NCBI RefSeq assembly: GCF_002075285.3
Contig: NZ_CP021983.2
Location: 270,001-302,000 of the forward strand
DNA from: Halomicronema hongdechloris C2206
GTDB lineage: Bacteria > Cyanobacteriota > Cyanobacteriia > Phormidesmidales > Phormidesmidaceae
Direction of reading: 5' to 3'
DNA: 32,000 nt
Both the position numbers and the translations under genes were made by a program. The notes below the pieces were generated by a model, which saw only the letters and a program-made list of their open reading frames with translations, searched no databases and was not told the origin of the DNA. Shown here one piece after another: positions 26,251 through 32,000 of the stretch. Positions within the stretch are counted from its first letter, which is position 1, and the number at the start of each line of letters is the position of its first letter.

Positions 26251-26607
26251 TTAGTCAGTGTCTTGTTGGACGATGTGCCGCATATGGGTGGCAACACTGC
26301 TGATATAGCCGCTGTCTTCCAGGGTCGAGGCTGGGATGCGGCCTAAATCGACCCCTGCCTGCACCACATCTTCGGCGACGAGATCATGGTGACGGGCCTT
26401 AGCCGTAAAGATCTGATAACTGGGAATGCCAGCCTCTGACAAATAGCCACGATAGGCCAGAGATACCAAGTTGAACGGAGTTGTAGTTATTTGCACCAAT
26501 TCACCGGTGCGATCAGGGTTAGCGGCTCGCTCTGCTTGGGCTTGGGCGACGGGCATGATACTAGCTGTCAGCAACAGGGCCGTACCACTGAGTAATAAAC
26601 GTTTCAT
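26251..26607 (-). CDS. Small secreted protein, function unknown
   Basis: Signal peptide MKRLLLSGTALLLTASIMPVAQA. Mature part ...FNLVSLAYRGYLSEAGIPSYQIFTAKARHHDLVAEDVVQAGVDLGRIP.... A GGAGGAAT Shine-Dalgarno region lies just upstream. Confidence 0.65.
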   Translation of the reverse strand: MKRLLLSGTALLLTASIMPVAQAQAERAANPDRTGELVQITTTPFNLVSLAYRGYLSEAGIPSYQIFTAKARHHDLVAEDVVQAGVDLGRIPASTLEDSGYISSVATHMRHIVQQDTD

Positions 26608-26911
26608 AGATTCCTCCTAAACTGTCTACATAAGCCAGTTCGATGGAGGTTCTCTTTGATGCGATGGTCGTTGACTCGGTCTCCCTGAGGGGAGACTATA
26701 TCCTCATCACCCTCTCGCCTGTTCATCCACATCTCTGACAAACCATCAAACTGGATTGTATCTAACCTTTCTTGTCTGTATTGTTGAATACCAAAATTAG
26801 AAAGAACTGATGGTTATGTGAACAAATTCTGAAAACTTCCTGAGAATCTCTTCATCCCAGCTAGTCTCAGGGCTGTGGTTTACCCTGCCGTAGGCCGTTC
26901 CCTCAGTAGGG

Positions 26912-27376
26912 TTATAGCCGCTCTGCCACCTGCTTCAGGCGCTGGAGTTGGGTCTGCATATCTTGACGAGTCCAGGCGGCCGCAAATGCTTGAAAGCCAA
27001 ATTGGACCAAGGGATTCGGAATCGTAAATTCGAATCGGTTGAGTAATCGGGTGCCATTAGCCTCCGGGATACATTCCCAGCGATCTCGACCCCGAAAAAA
27101 CCCCTCAAAGGCCCAAACTACCAACCCCGGTTGTCGCTCCACCACGGTGCTGTCGAGCGTGGGTTGCCACAGGGGCAGTTGCACCACGAAGCGACTCTTT
27201 CCTCCCAATTCTGTGTTCCAGGGTCCCACCGGCTCACACCGCAAGGCTGGATTGAGCCAGCGGTGCATTAGTTCTCTATCGGTAATACAGCGTTCCACTT
27301 GGGTGGCGCTGGCTTGAATATAGATAGTCTGCTCAAAAACTTGTTGGTCGACCATGGTCAAGCTCCCTAGACCCAC
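26912..27376 (-). CDS. SRPBCC-superfamily (START / polyketide cyclase-like) protein
   Basis: About 150 aa with the typical layout: ...IYIQASATQVERCITDRELMHRWLNP...GGKSRFVV...VVWAFEGFFRGRDRWECIPEANGTRLLNRFEF... plus a C-terminal helix. The assignment rests on pattern only. The start may be the Met at 27355. Confidence 0.5.
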   Translation of the reverse strand: MGLGSLTMVDQQVFEQTIYIQASATQVERCITDRELMHRWLNPALRCEPVGPWNTELGGKSRFVVQLPLWQPTLDSTVVERQPGLVVWAFEGFFRGRDRWECIPEANGTRLLNRFEFTIPNPLVQFGFQAFAAAWTRQDMQTQLQRLKQVAERL

Positions 27377-27706
27377 ATTTCGATGCCTCTACAGACAACC
27401 ATTCCATGCTCAGACACCTCCGATATCCATTCCCTACGTTAAAGTGACAGCCTCTCCTTGGTATCTCTATGCTCCTGATCTTCCAGGCAACCATGGATAG
27501 CGTTACCCGTGAGAACTGATGAGAGGGATGGCTGTTCAGAAAAGAAAATTATCGAAATCTGATAAAAAGTGTCTTGAAATGCCTAGATTTTGTGAATTTA
27601 CCCCTTAGCATATGGTCAGAAGGAGCCAGGGTGGGTTAGCACGTCCAACTCGTTTTGGACAAGGGGGGGACTCCCAACACCCTTGGCTGCGCTCAGAGGG
27701 TGATAT

Positions 27707-29413
27707 ATGCCTGTGATGCTTTGGCTAATCACACATCGCCCACTACAAGTTTGTCAACGATTAGATGCTATGACCTACATCGCACAACTGAGTGGCATTA
27801 GTCCTGGGGGGGATATCCCTTGGTCGCTCTTGTCTCTAGCCCAGGTGCCTGAGTCTCTAACCTTTAGAGACATTTTTACTGGACGGATTGGTAGTTTCTT
27901 GCCCAGCTTGATTGGGGCGATTCTACTGTTACTGGTTGGCTGGATCATCGCCACGGTAGTCGCCTTGGGCGTCAAAAACCTGCTCAAGCGGACGAATTGG
28001 GATGATCGCCTCGCTAATTGGGTGATGGGCGAAAGCCCGACCCAGGATGTCCCCATCGAGGAGTGGACCTCGACGGCGGTTTACTGGGTGATCATGACCT
28101 TCACCATCGTGGCCTTCCTGCGGGCGCTCAATCTAGATGTGGTTTCAGAGCCGCTGAATGATTTTCTACAGCAGATCTTTGCCTATCTGCCTCGCATCGG
28201 CGGCGCCGCCCTGCTGTTAGGGATTGCCTGGGCCATCGCCACGGTGGTCAAGGCCATTGTGACCCGGGGGCTCTCTCGGTTTAATTTGGACGATCAACTG
28301 GCTCAGCAAACCGGCGGCAGCAGCCCCATCGTGCTGAATGAGACCATCGGCAATGTTCTGTACTGGTTTATTTTTCTGCTGTTCCTGCCGTTGATCCTCA
28401 GTGCCCTGAATCTGCCGGGGCTATTGCAGCCCGTGGAGGGACTGATTGATCAATTCCTGCAGGCGATTCCCCGCATTCTCACGGCCCTGCTTGTCCTGGC
28501 CATCGGTTGGCTGGTGGCTCGCATTTCTCGCGGCATCGTCAGTAATCTGCTGGCCGCTACTGGGGCTGACCAAATTGGCACCCGGGTGGGGCTAGCGGCT
28601 AATACCCAAGATGGCGTTTCCCTCTCTGGGCTGGTGGGCACCATCGTCTATGTCTTGATCTTGATCCCGGCTGCCGTGGCCGCCCTGAATGAGCTAGATA
28701 TTCAGGCTATCTCTGATCCTGCCGTGCAGATGCTGGAGCAGATCTTGACGGCCATTCCTCAAATTCTGATGGCTGGCCTGGTGCTGGTGGTGTTCTACGT
28801 CATCGGTCGTTTTGTGTCGGATCTGGTGGTCAGCATCCTGCGCAGCATCGGCTTTGACAATATCATGGGGATCTTAGGCCTGCCTGAGCTGTCTGTACCA
28901 GCGGCTGCTCAAGCTCAGCCTACGGTAGACACCGAAGGGCAACCTAGCACCACGGTGCAAACCCCTGGTCGCACTCCCTCAGAAGTGGTGGGGTTGATTG
29001 TGCTGGCAGGGATCGTGTTGTTTGGGGCAGTCACCGCCACTGAAATTCTCCAGTTCGCGGCCCTGACCAATATCGTCCAGGCGATTCTGCGGGTATCGGC
29101 TCGCATCATCAGCGCGCTGGTGGTGTTTGGCGTCGGTCTCTATCTGGCGAATTTGGCCTTCCGGTTGATCAGCGCCATGGGAACCTCCCAGGCCCGTACC
29201 CTAGCCCAAGCGGCCCGGATTGCTGTGATCGCCCTGGTGGGAGCTATGGCATTACAGCAGATGGGGGTGGCTACTGATATCGTCAATTTGGCCTTTGGTT
29301 TGTTGTTGGGGGCCATTGCCGTGGCCATTGCGATCGCATTTGGCTTAGGGGGACGTGACATTGCCTCTGAGCAAATTCGGGAATGGCTTAACAACTTCAA
29401 GCAAAATCAGTAG
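27707..29413 (+). CDS. Membrane protein with five 'conserved TM helix' repeats (mechanosensitive-channel-related family)
   Basis: Repeated unit of about 45 aa: FLPSLIGAILLLLVGWIIATVVALGVKNLLKRTNWDDRLANW; YLPRIGGAALLLGIAWAIATVVKAIVTRGLSRFNLDDQLAQ; AIPRILTALLVLAIGWLVARISRGIVSNLLAATGADQIGTRVG; AIPQILMAGLVLVVFYVIGRFVSDLVVSILRSIGFDNIMGILG; and a fifth, degenerate copy. No MscS beta-domain is present. GAGGG lies 8 nt upstream of ATG 27707; an alternative start is 27770. Confidence 0.8.
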   Translation: MPVMLWLITHRPLQVCQRLDAMTYIAQLSGISPGGDIPWSLLSLAQVPESLTFRDIFTGRIGSFLPSLIGAILLLLVGWIIATVVALGVKNLLKRTNWDDRLANWVMGESPTQDVPIEEWTSTAVYWVIMTFTIVAFLRALNLDVVSEPLNDFLQQIFAYLPRIGGAALLLGIAWAIATVVKAIVTRGLSRFNLDDQLAQQTGGSSPIVLNETIGNVLYWFIFLLFLPLILSALNLPGLLQPVEGLIDQFLQAIPRILTALLVLAIGWLVARISRGIVSNLLAATGADQIGTRVGLAANTQDGVSLSGLVGTIVYVLILIPAAVAALNELDIQAISDPAVQMLEQILTAIPQILMAGLVLVVFYVIGRFVSDLVVSILRSIGFDNIMGILGLPELSVPAAAQAQPTVDTEGQPSTTVQTPGRTPSEVVGLIVLAGIVLFGAVTATEILQFAALTNIVQAILRVSARIISALVVFGVGLYLANLAFRLISAMGTSQARTLAQAARIAVIALVGAMALQQMGVATDIVNLAFGLLLGAIAVAIAIAFGLGGRDIASEQIREWLNNFKQNQ

Positions 29414-29422
29414 TTCCATGCC

Positions 29423-29494
29423 TTTGCCAAGGCCACACCTAACCGATGAACTGACGCTATTCAGAGTCTGAGGTCTGAGGTCAGTCTTGGCAAA
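29423..29494 (+). other. Long hairpin: 9-bp inverted repeat TTTGCCAAG ... CTTGGCAAA enclosing a tandem GTCTGAG GTCTGAG GTCAG
   Basis: Arms at 29423-29431 and 29486-29494. Heptamer repeats at 29466-29472 and 29473-29479. It starts 10 nt after the stop of the preceding gene. Confidence 0.35.
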
Positions 29495-29507
29495 GCAGCT
29501 CCCGCCT

Positions 29508-29549
29508 GAAGGCACTGGCCTGGCTCTGCAGGAAATTTCCAGTGCCTTC
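29508..29549 (+). other. Perfect 11-bp stem hairpin GAAGGCACTGG-N20-CCAGTGCCTTC (terminator-like or regulatory; no U-tract)
   Basis: Arms at 29508-29518 and 29539-29549. An inner CCTG/CAGG pairing is possible. It lies 93 nt upstream of ATG 29642. Confidence 0.35.
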
Positions 29550-29641
29550 ATAATGTGTCTAAAGCTAACCATACTCGTGGGCAGCGTTCCCCACGAATGA
29601 GGTCCTACCGTTACCCATTTTTAGAACCCAACACCCATACC

Positions 29642-29881
29642 ATGGCATTCTCTACCCCTGACCCTGCTGATGGTCTCACCCGTCAGGATATGGCTCACTA
29701 CATTGAAGCCACTGACGGTCTATCGAAGCCTTGGCTATTGGTGACGTTACGCCTCAAGGCTCTGCAAGAGCAGCGAGCCCCGATGAGCCCCGATGACTAC
29801 ATGCAAGCTCTCAGGGCACTCCATCAAGATCTGATGGAGCTGGGGGAATGGTGGATTGGCCGCGAAGACGAAGTGTTCTAG
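29642..29881 (+). CDS. Small hypothetical protein co-oriented with and abutting ppk1
   Basis: MAFSTPDPADGLTRQDMAHYIEATDGLSKPWLLVTLRLKALQEQRAPMSPDDYMQALRALHQDLMELGEWWIGREDEVF. The listed ORF starts at 29555, but that N-terminal extension is basic and low-complexity. The stop lies 10 nt before the ppk1 ATG, with GGAG in between. Confidence 0.5.
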   Translation: MAFSTPDPADGLTRQDMAHYIEATDGLSKPWLLVTLRLKALQEQRAPMSPDDYMQALRALHQDLMELGEWWIGREDEVF

Positions 29882-29891
29882 GGAGCTAATC

Positions 29892-32000
29892 ATGACCACT
29901 GCAGAACGATCCGTTGCCCCCTCAGATTTACGAGACCCTCAATACTATCTCAGTCGAGAACTGAGCTGGCTGGAGTTCAATCGCAGGGTGCTCCACGAAG
30001 CCCTAGATGGTCGCACTCCCCTGCTGGAGCGCCTGAAGTTCATGGCGATTTTTAGCAGCAACCTAGATGAGTACTTCATGGTGCGAGTGGCGGGGCTAAA
30101 ACAGCAAGTAGAAGCCCAGGTCAGCAAACGCACTCCCGATGGCCGCACCCCCAGCGAACAGCTGCGAGATATCAGCCAAACCCTGCGACCCATGGTGTTA
30201 GAGCAGCACACTCACTTTCAGCAGGTCCTACGGCTAGAAATGGCCGACCATGGTATCTCCCTGGTAGACTATTCGGCCCTGTCCGATGAGCAGCAAGCCT
30301 ACCTGGAAAAGTACTTCGAAGAGCAAATTTTTCCGGTCTTGACTCCTCTGGCAGTAGATCCTGGCCATCCTTTTCCCTACATCTCTAATCTCAGTCTCAA
30401 CTTGGCCGTGGTTGTCCGCAATGCCCATACTGGCCGGGAGCGCTTTGCTCGGGTAAAGGTGCCTAAAGTGCTGCCCCGCTTTGTGTCCCTGCCCCCCTCC
30501 CTAAAACAGGACCAAGACAAGGCTTCAGGTGAATGGATGGGGGTTCCCCTAGAGCAAGTGATTGCCCACAACCTGGAATTTCTCTTCCCCGGCATGATCG
30601 TCGAGGACCACCACACTTTCCGCATTACCCGTAACGCCGATCTGGAAGTGGAAGAAGATGAAGCCGACGACCTGATGCTGGCCATTGAGAAAGAGCTGCG
30701 GAAGCGGCGTCTGGGGGGCTCTGTCGTCCGCATGGAAATCGAAGCGAATACTCCCGAGCCAGTGCGCACGACCCTGATGCAAGAAATGGGGCTGACTGAG
30801 CATGATGTCTATGACATCGATGGCTTAGTGGGCTTAGGCGATCTCATGACCTTCATGGGACTCCCCCTGGAGGATCTAAAGGACCCCACCTGGAGTCCAG
30901 TCGTGCCTAGCACCTTTAAGGCTATCCCCAGCTCCAGCGATGAGGATGACATTAACTTGGATCTAGAAGATGGCACCGATATCTTCCGGCTATTGCGCCA
31001 GCAAGACCGATTGGTTCACCATCCCTATCATTCCTTTGCGGGCACGGTGCAGCAGTTTATCACCCAAGCCGCCCAGGATCCCAAGGTGCTGGCCATCAAG
31101 ATGACTCTCTACCGCACCTCGGGGGACTCTCCCATCATCAGTGCCTTGATCTCAGCCGCAGAGAATGGCAAGCAGGTGGCGGTTTTGGTGGAGTTAAAGG
31201 CTCGCTTCGACGAAGAAAATAATATCAACTGGGCCCGCAAGCTAGAGAAATCCGGTGTCCATGTGGTCTATGGATTAGTGGGGCTCAAAACCCACACCAA
31301 GGTTGCCCTGGCGGTGCGTCGAGAAGGCGACCACATTCGTCGCTACGTGCACATCGGCACGGGGAACTACAATCCGAAGACAGCCCGGTTATATACTGAC
31401 TTAGGACTATTGAGCTGCCGAGCTAATTTGGGGGCTGACCTGACGGATCTGTTTAACTATCTGACGGGATACTCGCAACAGCAGTCCTATCGTAAACTCT
31501 TAGTGGCCCCGGTTAATCTGCGCCAACAGCTAACGACGCTCATTCATCGAGAAATTGAGCGCTGTCAGGCTGGAGAAGCAGGCCGCCTCATTGCCAAGAT
31601 GAATTCTCTGGTCGATCCCGAGATCATCGCTACTCTCTATGAAGCTTCCCAGGCAGGGGTAGAGATTGATCTGATTGTCCGGGGTATTTGCTGCCTCCGG
31701 CCTGGGATGGAGGGGATCAGCGATAACATTCGCGTCATCAGCATCGTCGGGCGTTTGCTAGAGCATTCCCGCATCTTTTATTTCCACAACAGTGGGGATG
31801 AAACCTTTTTGATTGGCAGTGCTGACTGGATGCCTCGCAACCTGGATCGGCGGGTTGAGGCGGTAGTGCCCGTTGAGGATCCGCAGTTGCGCCAGGAATT
31901 AATGACCATTCTGGAGGTGTCCCTGGCGGACAACCGGCAAGCTTGGGATCTCCAAGCTGATGGCTCCTATCGCCAACGGCATCCCGGCGATGAGGCCGTG
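29892..32000 (+). CDS. ppk1: Polyphosphate kinase 1; 3' end cut by the window edge
   Basis: Absent from the ORF track because it runs off the window. MTTAERSVAPSDLRDPQYYLSRELSWLEFNRRVLHEALDGRTPLLERLKFMAIFSSNLDEYFMVRVAGLKQQV..., FPVLTPLAVDPGHPFPYISNLSLNLAV, HHPYHSF, LKTHTKVALAVRREGD, IGTGNYNPKTA and LEHSRIFYFHN. The frame stays open for 703 codons to position 32000. Confidence 0.95.
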   Translation, partial: MTTAERSVAPSDLRDPQYYLSRELSWLEFNRRVLHEALDGRTPLLERLKFMAIFSSNLDEYFMVRVAGLKQQVEAQVSKRTPDGRTPSEQLRDISQTLRPMVLEQHTHFQQVLRLEMADHGISLVDYSALSDEQQAYLEKYFEEQIFPVLTPLAVDPGHPFPYISNLSLNLAVVVRNAHTGRERFARVKVPKVLPRFVSLPPSLKQDQDKASGEWMGVPLEQVIAHNLEFLFPGMIVEDHHTFRITRNADLEVEEDEADDLMLAIEKELRKRRLGGSVVRMEIEANTPEPVRTTLMQEMGLTEHDVYDIDGLVGLGDLMTFMGLPLEDLKDPTWSPVVPSTFKAIPSSSDEDDINLDLEDGTDIFRLLRQQDRLVHHPYHSFAGTVQQFITQAAQDPKVLAIKMTLYRTSGDSPIISALISAAENGKQVAVLVELKARFDEENNINWARKLEKSGVHVVYGLVGLKTHTKVALAVRREGDHIRRYVHIGTGNYNPKTARLYTDLGLLSCRANLGADLTDLFNYLTGYSQQQSYRKLLVAPVNLRQQLTTLIHREIERCQAGEAGRLIAKMNSLVDPEIIATLYEASQAGVEIDLIVRGICCLRPGMEGISDNIRVISIVGRLLEHSRIFYFHNSGDETFLIGSADWMPRNLDRRVEAVVPVEDPQLRQELMTILEVSLADNRQAWDLQADGSYRQRHPGDEAV

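Noticed and set aside
26778-26791. Perfect NtcA consensus palindrome GTATTGTTGAATAC (GTA-N8-TAC) in the intergenic region upstream of the small secreted protein gene
   Set aside because: No TAN3T -10 lies at the required ~22-nt spacing on either strand. GTA-N8-TAC is expected several times by chance in 32 kb, so it is kept only as a note.
1-32000. Search for CRISPR arrays, IS elements/transposases, integrases, toxin-antitoxin pairs or known defence-system genes
   Set aside because: I saw no regularly spaced repeat array, no DDE or serine/tyrosine recombinase-like ORF and no nuclease, helicase or methylase signatures in any listed ORF. The window reads as core chromosome.

Overview
This window looks like an ordinary chromosomal segment of a cyanobacterium. 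GC is roughly 57-58% by eye. There are at least 15 exact copies of the HIP1 octamer GCGATCGC, plus chlI, an NtcA-type promoter, a PEP-CTERM protein and small proteins typical of cyanobacteria. Genes I can support, in order: chlI (partial), a ParM-like actin ATPase with a small RHH partner, an alpha/beta hydrolase, a TVP38/DedA membrane protein, a membrane-anchored hypothetical, a CaCA-type cation exchanger, a PEP-CTERM secreted protein, an orphan feoA, an OmpR-type response regulator with its histidine kinase, two tandem TVP38/DedA paralogues, an MscS channel, a secreted internally duplicated protein, a large GH57 glycoside hydrolase, an orphan ureC, a DUF2973-like protein, a membrane protein with a Trp-rich small protein, an ABC ATPase / ABC-2 permease / GldG / DUF4340 operon, a small secreted protein, an SRPBCC protein, a five-repeat 'conserved TM helix' protein, a small ORF and ppk1 (partial). 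I found no rRNA, tRNA, CRISPR array, transposase, integrase or recognisable defence gene, and I cannot point to a convincing novel multi-gene system. Four things deserve a second look. (1) Nine frameshifts sit inside the ABC-2/GldG/DUF4340 operon, while the rest of the window has only one. (2) The ~700-bp ORF-free gap after ureC holds four TGTCA(T/C) boxes phased at exactly 11 bp, a correctly spaced -10 and, about 150 nt downstream, a strong intrinsic terminator; this could be an orphan small RNA under response-regulator control. (3) A ParM/RHH actin-like segregation-type module lies directly upstream of chlI on the chromosome. (4) Membrane-homeostasis genes (three TVP38/DedA, MscS, TM-helix protein, CaCA) cluster around a two-component system. 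All family assignments come from reading motifs in the translations. No database search was run.
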